This document shows positions 42,582 through 51,435 of a DNA stretch of 64,000 nucleotides, piece by piece. The stretch covers positions 1 through 64,000 of the forward strand of contig SHMW01000012.1 of NCBI GenBank assembly GCA_008080735.1. Direction: 5' to 3'. The translations under genes were made by a program, and so were the position numbers. The notes beneath the pieces were generated by a model that was not told the origin of the DNA, did no database searches, and saw nothing but the letters and a program-made list of their open reading frames with translations. Each line of letters starts with the position of its first letter. Within the stretch, counting starts at the first letter, position 1. This DNA comes from Promethearchaeota archaeon. GTDB lineage: Archaea > Asgardarchaeota > Lokiarchaeia > Sigyniarchaeales > SOKP01.

Positions 42582-42786
42582 TAATTCGAGATACTTTTGA
42601 AATAAACCATTAATCTATTAATTTTTCTCTCATTTTACATAATAAAGAATAAATTGTTCTTTAACTAATATTTAATCTAGCGACTCATCCAATCGAGGAA
42701 AAGAATATTTTTAATATATAAGAATATATTATCTTTGTCTAAGAATATTTTTTCCAAACAAACAATTTGTCGAGATAATCAGTTCA

Positions 42787-43893
42787 ATGATATTAAATAT
42801 TGTTTTAATCTCCATAGCTTGTGTCTTTTCAATCATTGGTTTAGTTTATCTCATACAAAATAGAGAAAAATACGTAATTGACAATACTGAAAAAATATAC
42901 ATCTCATTATATTTAAGTTCAGAGACCTTATTCTTCATCTTTTTGAATTTGTCTTTCATAAGCGTGTTTCCAATCCGGGCGGTATTTATTTTCTGGAAGG
43001 TTTCAATTATGCTTAGAATTTTTAAGGTTGCATTTCTCAGTTCAATACATATCTATGTATTATTTAAAAATTATGTAAAATTTTTGCCCGCATTTATATA
43101 CTCTTTTTTAGGAGGGATTATTGCGAGTTATTTGATTGTAGGAAATTGGTTTGATATTAATATCACGCAAGGACAATATCTTTTTACACTCAATAACAAT
43201 ATTTTTTTTCTCTTGTTAATCTTCTTCTATATCTCAATTATCTTTTCCACGATTTTGGGTCAGATGAGAGGTGCTTCAAATATAAGCTTTAAAAAGACCA
43301 CTAATCTCGTCAGTATTATTCTATTTCACTTTTCCATCAATACATTAGTATATCTAACTTTCTTGACATTTCCTTCTACATATTTACGGTTTTTGTTTTC
43401 ACTATTATTCTTAAGTTTCTTAGGTGTGTCAGTCTTCATTACCATTAAGGAATTTGATTTATTTGTAGTAGTAACAAATAAGATCTATGATTTTGTAATC
43501 TTTCACAGATCTGGCGTATTATTGTTCTCATATAATTTTGAGGAAAATAAAGAAATTGATGATTCCCTATTGAAGGGGTCAATATTAATCGGTATTAATC
43601 ATATTCTTTCGAATTTTATTAACAAGAAAAGCAAATTAAATATTATTAAAATGAAAGAACGAGATATCATCTTTGAGTACGATGATAATTTTGGTTATGC
43701 AATCTTAGTAATAGTCAGCCATCGCAATAAAATAGTAGAGAAGGCAGTAAACTTGTTTATGAAGGACTTTACAGAACATAATGGACAAATATTAGAAAAA
43801 ATCAATAAACAGGCTCAATTAATAGATGTTTCGGCATTTAAAAATTCAAAAAAAATAATAGAACGATATTTTAAACCATATCTCACCATATAA
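42787..43893 (+). CDS. 7-TM membrane protein with a C-terminal longin-like domain
   Basis: Seven hydrophobic segments in aa 1-220, then IYDFVIFHRSGVLLFSYNF..ILIGINHILS.F..GYAILVI..F..DF. Confidence 0.7.
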   Translation: MILNIVLISIACVFSIIGLVYLIQNREKYVIDNTEKIYISLYLSSETLFFIFLNLSFISVFPIRAVFIFWKVSIMLRIFKVAFLSSIHIYVLFKNYVKFLPAFIYSFLGGIIASYLIVGNWFDINITQGQYLFTLNNNIFFLLLIFFYISIIFSTILGQMRGASNISFKKTTNLVSIILFHFSINTLVYLTFLTFPSTYLRFLFSLLFLSFLGVSVFITIKEFDLFVVVTNKIYDFVIFHRSGVLLFSYNFEENKEIDDSLLKGSILIGINHILSNFINKKSKLNIIKMKERDIIFEYDDNFGYAILVIVSHRNKIVEKAVNLFMKDFTEHNGQILEKINKQAQLIDVSAFKNSKKIIERYFKPYLTI

Positions 43894-43995
43894 AGTTTAA
43901 TGGAACAGGTGTTAATTTAACAAAGTAAGGAATTTCATAAAAAATAACTTCTGTATAAATATATAAGCAATCAAGAGTTTAAGAATATTTAAAAG

Positions 43996-45114
43996 ATGTC
44001 TAATGGTGTAGTGATTTTATTCCTTATTGGATTAATTATATCTATCTCGATTAGTATCATTACATTGATCTATATAGCTTTTAATCGAGATAAATATGGT
44101 ATCAATACAATTCCATATTTGAATTCTCTTTCAATCAGTTTTATTGGAATAATATTTTCCTTATTTTTCTTTCTCTCTACCCAACTATTCTTTTCAGAGC
44201 CAGTAAATTTATTCCTATTCTATATAATGCTGATTTTTGAATGCATCTCCCTCCTAATTTATTGTCTAGCATTCAGTTTTTTAAGAAAATTTGGTCATTT
44301 TCCTGTCTATATTTTTTTGATATTTATTGTCCTACTTAGTCTTTTAATAGGGATTTTAAATACCCCTCAGTCTATAGCCATAGAAATAAATATACTTCCT
44401 CAAATTAATTATTCAATAGCAATCCTTCCAAAGGTCTTAATTATAATTCTGAATATTTCTGGACTTTTTTATATCTATTATAAAACATATCAAATATGGA
44501 AAGTTACTGATTATACATATTTCTTCTATAGGTTGATAGTATATCTTGGTATTTTATCAATTTCGATACTTATTTATTGTTTTTCCATTACTTTTGATTC
44601 CTGGCTTTTAATTGATACATTCATTCTTTTCTTTTGGACATCTTTTGGGATGAAATGTTATATGGCAATATATTATCCAAAAATGTTTATTGCTTTAACT
44701 AATAAGATCTATTTTATAAATATCTATCATAAAACAGGTGTGTTGCTGTATTCTTACCAATTCGAAAAGTCTGTTCCTCAAGAAGGGGACTCCTCTATTT
44801 GGGGTAATATACTTATTGGACTCAATCATATTCTCTCTGAATTTATAAATAAAGATGATCAGATTGATGTATTACAAACTAAAAACGCAGAAATTGTTGT
44901 AAACTATAATAATGACTATGGGTTTGCTGTCCTCGTTATTACTAATCAAAGGAATTCACTTATAGAAAAAAATATGCGGGAATTAACTCAAGAGTTCGAA
45001 AAACGATATCAAAAAGAACTTTCTGAACTTTTAGATATTAACAGAATTATAAACGTTTCTGATTTTGAAGATGCGGATAGAATTATTGAAGAAAACTTTC
45101 AGCTTTTCTTATAA
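43996..45114 (+). CDS. 7-TM membrane protein with a C-terminal longin-like domain (tandem paralog)
   Basis: Same architecture: TNKIYFINIYHKTGVLLYSYQF..ILIGLNHILSEFINK..YGFAVLVI. Confidence 0.7.
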   Translation: MSNGVVILFLIGLIISISISIITLIYIAFNRDKYGINTIPYLNSLSISFIGIIFSLFFFLSTQLFFSEPVNLFLFYIMLIFECISLLIYCLAFSFLRKFGHFPVYIFLIFIVLLSLLIGILNTPQSIAIEINILPQINYSIAILPKVLIIILNISGLFYIYYKTYQIWKVTDYTYFFYRLIVYLGILSISILIYCFSITFDSWLLIDTFILFFWTSFGMKCYMAIYYPKMFIALTNKIYFINIYHKTGVLLYSYQFEKSVPQEGDSSIWGNILIGLNHILSEFINKDDQIDVLQTKNAEIVVNYNNDYGFAVLVITNQRNSLIEKNMRELTQEFEKRYQKELSELLDINRIINVSDFEDADRIIEENFQLFL

Positions 45115-45141
45115 GAATTATCACATTTCTGAAAAAGGTTT

Positions 45142-46740
45142 TTACCAATTTTCCTTATTTTTGAGTAATTTATAGATATAAGAATCCACCAATGCGTCCC
45201 AAGAAGCTACTATGATATTTCCATGAGCTCCAATGGTACCCCACGAGTCTTGCTTATCATAGGTCTCAGCCAATACTCGGACCTTTGATGCAGTACCCGC
45301 TTGATTAATAATTCTTACCTTGAAATCGCTCAATTTTATCTCCTTGATACTCGGGTAGAAATATACTAGCGCTTTTTTCAGAGCATTATCTAAAGCATTC
45401 ACGGGGCCGTTACCCTCTGCTGCGGTATGATACTCCTGTCCTTCCACCTTAACTTTGATTGTCGCCTCAGAAATTAAATTATCCTTATACATTTCTGTTA
45501 ATACTCGAAATCCTTCTAATTCAAAGAATTTTTTACGATAATAATTAGGATCTTGAATGTTCATATCCATCCCTCTCATTAAAATTTCTAATGTCCCTTC
45601 TGCGCCTTCAAAAGAATACCCTTGATTTTCTTTTTCTTTAATGACCCTCAAAATCGCATTAACCTTTGGATTCGTCTCAGTAAGGGGAATATTAAACTTC
45701 TCTGCCATATGGAGGATTGAGCTTTTTCCTGCCAATTCAGAGACTTTAATATTTCTATTGTTGCCAATTAATTCGGGATTGATGTGTTCGTAGGTTTTTA
45801 AGTTTTTTAACATAGCTGAGATGTGGACTCCGCCTTTATGGGAGAAGGCATTTTTTCCCACGAAGGGTTGGTCAGGTTGACCGGGAAGGTTTGCCATCTC
45901 ATAGATAAAATGAGATACCTCTGTAAGATTTTTGAGTTTATTCTCATCAATACAATCAACTTCCATTTTTAGTTTGAGAATAGGAATTATCGCAGTTAGA
46001 TCTGTATTCCCACACCGTTCTCCAAAACCATTCATCGTTCCTTGGATTAGATCGACGCCTTCTCTCCATGCTTCAAGAGCGATTGCATTCGCAAGTCCTG
46101 AATCATTATGAGCATGAATCCCAAGGACCGTGTTTTTTATTTTCTCCTTAACATCATTCACAATCTCGCGTAATTCATAAGGTAAAATCCCTCCATTCGT
46201 ATCACATAAAACAATCCATTTAGCTCCCGCGTCTCTAGCAGCTTCTAGACATTGTATTGCATATTGCTTATTGTTCTTATATCCGTCAAAAAAATGTTCC
46301 GCATCAAACATTACCTCAATTTCGTTTTCGATTAAATAGGAAATCGTGTCAGAAATCATGTTAAGGTTTTCTTCCAAAGTCGTTTCCAAAGCATCTTTGA
46401 CATGTAAATCCCAAGTTTTTCCAAAAATCGTTGCATAATCTGTCCCCGTTTCGATGATTGCTTTAATACTATTATCTGCTTGAACCTTAGAACTCTTTCG
46501 TCTCGTGGCTCCAAATGGGAATATCTTTACATTTGTAAATTCCCTTTGGTTGATCCTCTGGAAAAATTCGATATCTTTCGGATTTGAACCCGGCCACCCT
46601 GCTTCAATCATCGAGATACCGAGATCATTTATTATCCTTTCTAAGATTCTTAATTTATCTTCCATTGAGAAGGCGATCCCTGTTTTTTGACACCCTTCCC
46701 GTAATGTTGTATCATAGATAAGAGCTTCTCTTTTTTCCAT
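45142..46740 (-). CDS. cimA: Citramalate synthase (DRE-TIM family, bacterial CimA-like subgroup)
   Basis: YDTTLREG, EAGWPGSNPKD..FF, IFGKTWDLHV, FDAEHFFDGYK, HAHND, AFSHKGGVH, EGNGPVNALD.AL.K regulatory domain. Confidence 0.88.
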   Translation of the reverse strand: MEKREALIYDTTLREGCQKTGIAFSMEDKLRILERIINDLGISMIEAGWPGSNPKDIEFFQRINQREFTNVKIFPFGATRRKSSKVQADNSIKAIIETGTDYATIFGKTWDLHVKDALETTLEENLNMISDTISYLIENEIEVMFDAEHFFDGYKNNKQYAIQCLEAARDAGAKWIVLCDTNGGILPYELREIVNDVKEKIKNTVLGIHAHNDSGLANAIALEAWREGVDLIQGTMNGFGERCGNTDLTAIIPILKLKMEVDCIDENKLKNLTEVSHFIYEMANLPGQPDQPFVGKNAFSHKGGVHISAMLKNLKTYEHINPELIGNNRNIKVSELAGKSSILHMAEKFNIPLTETNPKVNAILRVIKEKENQGYSFEGAEGTLEILMRGMDMNIQDPNYYRKKFFELEGFRVLTEMYKDNLISEATIKVKVEGQEYHTAAEGNGPVNALDNALKKALVYFYPSIKEIKLSDFKVRIINQAGTASKVRVLAETYDKQDSWGTIGAHGNIIVASWDALVDSYIYKLLKNKENW

Positions 46741-46783
46741 TGTTCTCTTTTTTTGAATTATTTAATTGATATAAATTTTTTAC

Positions 46784-46845
46784 AGAAATTTTAAACAATA
46801 AGAATCGAACAGAAAAGAAAAGTCGAAAAAGAGTTTAAAATTTCT
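46784..46845 (-). terminator. 13-bp inverted repeat enclosing U-rich tracts in the cimA leader (candidate attenuator/terminator)
   Basis: AGAAATTTTAAAC (46784-46796) pairs with GTTTAAAATTTCT (46833-46845); minus-strand loop UCUUUUUCGACUUUUCUUUUCUGUUCGAUUCUUAUU. Confidence 0.5.
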
Positions 46846-46854
46846 TTTATGAAA

Positions 46855-46911
46855 TTAAATAATCCCAATAATAATAATAAATGATTCCTTTGGAATTATT
46901 TTATGTTTCAT
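46855..46911 (-). CDS. Putative Ile-rich leader peptide (uORF) of cimA: MKHKIIPKESFIIIIGII
   Basis: ATG at 46911, TAA at 46855-46857; 8 of 18 codons are Ile, including 6 of the last 7; ends 114 nt upstream of the cimA ATG. Confidence 0.6.
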   Translation of the reverse strand: MKHKIIPKESFIIIIGII

Positions 46912-46937
46912 AGTTATTAAAGAAAAAGAACCTTTTC

Positions 46938-46952
46938 TTTAAATTTTTTTCT
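46938..46952 (-). promoter_or_regulatory. Candidate BRE/TATA promoter for a leaderless uORF-cimA transcript
   Basis: Minus strand AGAAAAAAA-TTTAAA, ending 26 nt before the uORF ATG. Confidence 0.45.
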
Positions 46953-46975
46953 AGGACTAAAATTGTTAATTTTAG

Positions 46976-46993
46976 ATGCATTTTTAAATGCAT
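46976..46993. promoter_or_regulatory. Palindromic operator candidate ATGCATTT-TT-AAATGCAT
   Basis: Perfect 8-bp arms with a 2-nt spacer, between the divergent cimA and RDD genes. Confidence 0.4.
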
Positions 46994-47056
46994 AAAAATC
47001 TTTAAACGGAAAAAACTTCATTAAATAATTAGAATAGCGAAAATTATTTCTAAAAA

Positions 47057-47656
47057 ATGAGTCCATTAAAGTACTGCCCGAAATGTGGCTCGGAGATTGA
47101 AGACCCCGATCAAAAGTTCTGTAAAACTTGTGGAGCAGATTTGAAAGCTAGAGAAGCCCAAGAGACACCATCTCCCATGAGAATTGAACGAAAGGTAGAG
47201 CCTGCCGTCAAATTGCAGCCCGAATATGGTGGTTTTTGGGAACGCTTTGCAGCATTTATCATTGATTTTATTATTTTAAGGATAATTTCTGAGATCATTC
47301 TCTCTTTGATTAATTTACCACTATTGCTGGCAGATCCCGTCGGATATTTGTTAGACGTACGACTAATTTTTAATAGAAATCTGTTTGATTGGGGTATTGG
47401 TTTCCTATATTTCTGGATTTTGGAAGCGTATAATCAAGGACAGACTTTAGGAAAAATGGCGCTTCATTTACGCACTGTTGATGAGGATACTTTAGAAGTT
47501 GCTAAGCCTGTGAATTATGCTGTAAATAACCTCGCAAAACCGTCTTTATTCCTAATCCTAGATCTAATTATCGGATTCTTGGTAAGCGAAGGTGATCTCA
47601 AAAATAGATTCAGGGTACTCCAAGATCTTTCCCATACCGTAGTCATTAAAGAATAA
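47057..47656 (+). CDS. Zinc-ribbon + RDD family membrane protein
   Basis: YCPKCG..FCKTCG; GFWERFAAFIID, GQTLGKM, QD. Confidence 0.88.
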   Translation: MSPLKYCPKCGSEIEDPDQKFCKTCGADLKAREAQETPSPMRIERKVEPAVKLQPEYGGFWERFAAFIIDFIILRIISEIILSLINLPLLLADPVGYLLDVRLIFNRNLFDWGIGFLYFWILEAYNQGQTLGKMALHLRTVDEDTLEVAKPVNYAVNNLAKPSLFLILDLIIGFLVSEGDLKNRFRVLQDLSHTVVIKE

Positions 47657-47796
47657 AATTACTAATATCTTTTTTCCTTCTAATCTATTTTAATTTCTTT
47701 CATTTTTGATCATTATATTCGAGAAAATTATTTAAATACGAATTTCCTTAAGCTTAATGATAACAAATAATATTTAAAAAATAGGAGGGGTTTTTT

Positions 47797-48012
47797 ATAG
47801 AAAACCAAAAAATTATTGAGGATACAGAATGGGCGAATGATTGGAAAATTATAGTGGATATTTTTGATCTAATAGACCAATTTAAACATAAATTTGAGCA
47901 ATTAGACGTGTCGTATCTTCGGGAGTTGCAGCAAGAGATTATAATCTTAAATCTCGAAAAATATGCGTGGTCTTTACAGAATTATATAGTTGAAAAATAT
48001 TCAGAAAAATAA
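47797..48012 (+). CDS. Unannotated 71-aa helical protein with an apparent ATA start
   Basis: GGAGG at 47784-47788, ATA at 47797; reads (M)ENQKIIEDTEWANDWKIIVDIFDLIDQFKHKFEQLDVSYLRELQQEIIILNLEKYAWSLQNYIVEKYSEK*; in-frame TAG at 47782 excludes an upstream start. Confidence 0.65.
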   Translation: MENQKIIEDTEWANDWKIIVDIFDLIDQFKHKFEQLDVSYLRELQQEIIILNLEKYAWSLQNYIVEKYSEK

Positions 48013-48023
48013 TATACAATAAT

Positions 48024-48800
48024 TTATCTTATCTCTCTCTTCTTCTTTTTAGGTTTTTCTTCATCCAACTCTTTTTCCAGGTCAGATTCTTGAATTATTT
48101 TTGCTTTTCCATCTTTTTCTTTAAGCAACTCTGTGAGAATCACATTATTAAAGGAGAATAACATTCTGGGGATATAACCCGCCGCCAAATAGCTTCCGTC
48201 TTCGATATCACTTTCTAAAGGGAACAATTGCTTTTCTTTTATCGTGCTTCCCATATAGTCTCTATCATACTCTTTGTAGCCATAAATCTTGTTTTTAACG
48301 ATAACCATCTTTCGTTCAAAGCCTTCGGGGAGTCCAGCTTTTTCTAACACTAATAATATCTTTTCTCGTGAAAGAGAATCAAGTAGTTCAATATCTTCTT
48401 GGCTACCTTCATATGAGGGACCTTCTTGAATTGTTTCATAGTCGATTTCCTCCTCGAGACCAACCATTATTTTAAACGCCATTGTTTCATCACCTTCATC
48501 CACTGCAGTAATCTTGTAAGAGATCCCATGCTCGTCTCGTACTTTCGGGGCGATTTTTGCTGCGATAAACTTCATTCTGGTGGTAACATTATTTCCATGC
48601 CACACCCACACCCTATATCGCTTCGGGTCTACAAAAAGAAGTACAAAATCAGAATCAAGAAGTTCGTATAGCTCTAAATCTTCATCAAACTGAAGTTCTT
48701 GAAATTCTTGGAGTTCATCATTAAATTGGAATACAATTGGTTCTTCTTCCTCAATTTCGGGAATCTGACCTTTCTCACTGTTTTCTCTTTGATTGGACAT
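48024..48800 (-). CDS. Gelsolin-like single-domain protein with an additional C-terminal domain (eukaryotic signature protein)
   Basis: LDSDFVLLFVD....VWVWHG......KFIAA..A.......I..VDEGDE...F matches the gelsolin repeat pattern. Confidence 0.8.
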   Translation of the reverse strand: MSNQRENSEKGQIPEIEEEEPIVFQFNDELQEFQELQFDEDLELYELLDSDFVLLFVDPKRYRVWVWHGNNVTTRMKFIAAKIAPKVRDEHGISYKITAVDEGDETMAFKIMVGLEEEIDYETIQEGPSYEGSQEDIELLDSLSREKILLVLEKAGLPEGFERKMVIVKNKIYGYKEYDRDYMGSTIKEKQLFPLESDIEDGSYLAAGYIPRMLFSFNNVILTELLKEKDGKAKIIQESDLEKELDEEKPKKKKREIR

Positions 48801-48908
48801 CGTTACGTATTATTTGTTTCTTGCACATTTAATATTAATCTTGTATAAAATAATTTACTCTTCACATTAATCGCATAATTCTCAACTTCACCCATTAGAA
48901 AAATTGAG

Positions 48909-48993
48909 TGCGGGAAGGGAGATTTGAACTCCCGAACCCCTACGGGACTGGATTCTGAGTCCAGCGCCTTTGGCCAAACTTGGCGATTCCCGC
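48909..48993 (-). tRNA. tRNA-Leu(CAG), 85 nt, intronless, CCA not encoded
   Basis: GCGGGAA/TTCCCGC acceptor stem, CTGGA-CTCAGAA-TCCAG anticodon arm, long variable arm, GGGAG-TTCAAAT-CTCCC T arm, discriminator A. Confidence 0.95.
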
Positions 48994-49109
48994 GTGATTA
49001 TAATATCTTTTCGATATGATTAGGTAATTAATATTTAAACTCCTAAAAAAAGCTTAGTAGTTATAGAATTCAGTGAAATTATGATCTAGTATTTTTAGAT
49101 GGATATATT

Positions 49110-51272
49110 CTAATGAATTTCCAATTTTTTACTACATTTAGGGCAATATAACGGTAGTTCCTCCTCGCACGGTTCCAATTGGTCATGATCGATTAATTGT
49201 CTCCAGCAGACTAATTTATCATCTTGTTTAATCATATCTCTCCCATGATGTTGGGGAAGAATTCTTTTTGTCTTACAATTTTCGCAAATTATCGTCTTAA
49301 CATCATTTTCTAAAGTTTTTGTTGAGATTTCTTGAAATTTTGATTTATATCGAAATATTCGCATTCCATTTAATAACACGAATAGAGACACCCCCATATC
49401 CCCAATTCCAACAGCTAACCACAATGTCATAAATCCAAGTACTGTAAGGAAAGCAAATGATAATTTCACGATAATTGACGTCCAAATGTTTTGCTTTATA
49501 ATTTTATTAGTTTTTTTGGTAATATCTATATAAGTAAGAAGTTTCGTAAGATCATCATTTATAATGACAATATCGGCGGTTTCCAACGTTAAATCCGTTG
49601 CAGAAGCTCCAATCGCAATCCCCAAATCTGCTGAGGCTAAGGCAGGAGCATCATTAATTCCATCTCCGACCATCGCTACTCCACGGGAGTTGTTTTTAAT
49701 AGATTCGATCTGTTCTATCTTTTGATTTGGCAAGAGACTACCTTGCACATCCTCAATATCTAAACAGCCACCAATTGTATTACACGCCATTTGAGTATCC
49801 CCTGAAATCATAGTAGTCGAATAACCGCGCTCTTTGAGCCCTTTGATGAGAATCGGTGCAGATACTCTCAACAAATCTCTGATCGTTATGATCCCCACTA
49901 AGGTTTTATCATTTCCGATAAGAACGGGAAGTGTGCCATTCTCTTTTATATCAGTTAGATTAGTCTCGGGGATTTCCAATTTTAATTCTTGGAAAAATTT
50001 CTCACTCCCTGCATAAAAAATTTCATTATTGATATATCCTTTAATTCCTCTGCCCGTTATAATTTCAAAATCTTCTACCTCATAGAAATTTGTGCGTAAA
50101 CCTTTCGCGTAGTTGACTATCGCTTGTCCGATGGGATGCTCGGATAATCGCTCTAAGCTTGCAGCTATCTTCAAAACCTCCTCCTTATCCTTATCATGAA
50201 AAGATCTTATCTCATATACTTTAAGTTTGCCCTCCGTGAGTGTTCCGGTCTTATCGAAGGCGAAAGTCTCGATATCATTGACCAGTTCAATAAAGCGATT
50301 TCCCTTTACTAATATCCCCTCTTTTGCTAGTTTTGTTAATGAAACGACATTTGCTAAGGGAGTAGATAATGTCAATGCACACGGACACGATACAACTAGT
50401 AAAATTAAGCCTCGATAAAACCAGTCCGTAAAATTAAGGTTAAATAATAAAGTTGGGATCAGTATAACTAATAGAGATGCAATGAGAATAGAGGGAGTAT
50501 AATAGCGCGCAAATTTTTCAATGAATTTTTCTTTTCGGCTTTTATTTTGTTGAGCATATTGGATAGTTTTAGCGATTTGAGCAATCACAGTATCATTACT
50601 TTCGCGTGTGACTCTTATATCGACAAAACTCTCTGAATTTATACTTCCCGCAAATACTTCTGCCCCATTCTCTTTAAAGACTGGAATGGATTCTCCGGTA
50701 ATTGCGCTCTCATCAAAATAGGATTCACCCTTTTCGATCATACCATCAAGCGGGACTTTCATAGCAGGTTTTATTCCAATAATTTCGCCTGCTTTAACTT
50801 CTTTAGAGGGAATGTTTAGATACCCTCCAGCTGTCTTCACCAATGCCTCATCAGGAGCCAGTTCCAAAATCTCTCTAATGGCATTCCTTGATTTATCTGT
50901 AGTAAGTTCTTCTAAATGTTCAGCTATCGCATACAATAGGATTGCTGTGGCGCCTTCTTGTCCATGAAATATGAAAAAGGACGCAACAGCTGCGATCACC
51001 ATCAATAAATTAGCAGTAATGCGCTTTTCCTTGACATTTTCTATAGTTTCCTTTATCACTTCATAGCAGGAAAAAATGATTGAGATAATTGCCAAAACTT
51101 GGCTTATAAAGAGATAATCCAAGAAAAACTCAATTAAAATTGAGCCTAATATGAATATAGCTGAAAAACCAATAAAATACCAAAAATATTCACCAAAAAA
51201 TGATTTTTCATGGTGGTGGTGACCCAACTCATATGCAGAACAATGGGAACAAGAAGGTGATCCTTTAGTCAT
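49110..51272 (-). CDS. Heavy-metal P1B-type ATPase (Zn/Cd/Pb, CadA/ZntA-like)
   Basis: TGES, SCPCAL, FDKTGTLT, SEHP, GDGINDAP; N-terminal CSHC+HHHH; Cys-rich C-terminal tail. Confidence 0.93.
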   Translation of the reverse strand: MTKGSPSCSHCSAYELGHHHHEKSFFGEYFWYFIGFSAIFILGSILIEFFLDYLFISQVLAIISIIFSCYEVIKETIENVKEKRITANLLMVIAAVASFFIFHGQEGATAILLYAIAEHLEELTTDKSRNAIREILELAPDEALVKTAGGYLNIPSKEVKAGEIIGIKPAMKVPLDGMIEKGESYFDESAITGESIPVFKENGAEVFAGSINSESFVDIRVTRESNDTVIAQIAKTIQYAQQNKSRKEKFIEKFARYYTPSILIASLLVILIPTLLFNLNFTDWFYRGLILLVVSCPCALTLSTPLANVVSLTKLAKEGILVKGNRFIELVNDIETFAFDKTGTLTEGKLKVYEIRSFHDKDKEEVLKIAASLERLSEHPIGQAIVNYAKGLRTNFYEVEDFEIITGRGIKGYINNEIFYAGSEKFFQELKLEIPETNLTDIKENGTLPVLIGNDKTLVGIITIRDLLRVSAPILIKGLKERGYSTTMISGDTQMACNTIGGCLDIEDVQGSLLPNQKIEQIESIKNNSRGVAMVGDGINDAPALASADLGIAIGASATDLTLETADIVIINDDLTKLLTYIDITKKTNKIIKQNIWTSIIVKLSFAFLTVLGFMTLWLAVGIGDMGVSLFVLLNGMRIFRYKSKFQEISTKTLENDVKTIICENCKTKRILPQHHGRDMIKQDDKLVCWRQLIDHDQLEPCEEELPLYCPKCSKKLEIH

Positions 51273-51435
51273 TTTCTCTGTGTTATTTAGCTTTTTAAGA
51301 TTATAAAATGCACTTTTTATTATCTATAATATTATTCAAGAGTTTGATATTTCAACGATGAGAGTTAAGCACGAAAAATTTTAAATTATAAACAGATTGA
51401 AAATTAACTTCCGAATTAAATTATGAGGGATAAAT

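Noticed and set aside
46695-46725. cimA has LREG instead of LRDG
   Set aside because: Glu at this position occurs in active DRE-TIM enzymes such as homocitrate synthases; not evidence of inactivation.
51330-51352. ArsR/CadC-like operator (TCAA-GAGT-TTGA) upstream of the P1B ATPase
   Set aside because: Only 4-bp arms in AT-rich DNA and no regulator gene nearby; too weak.
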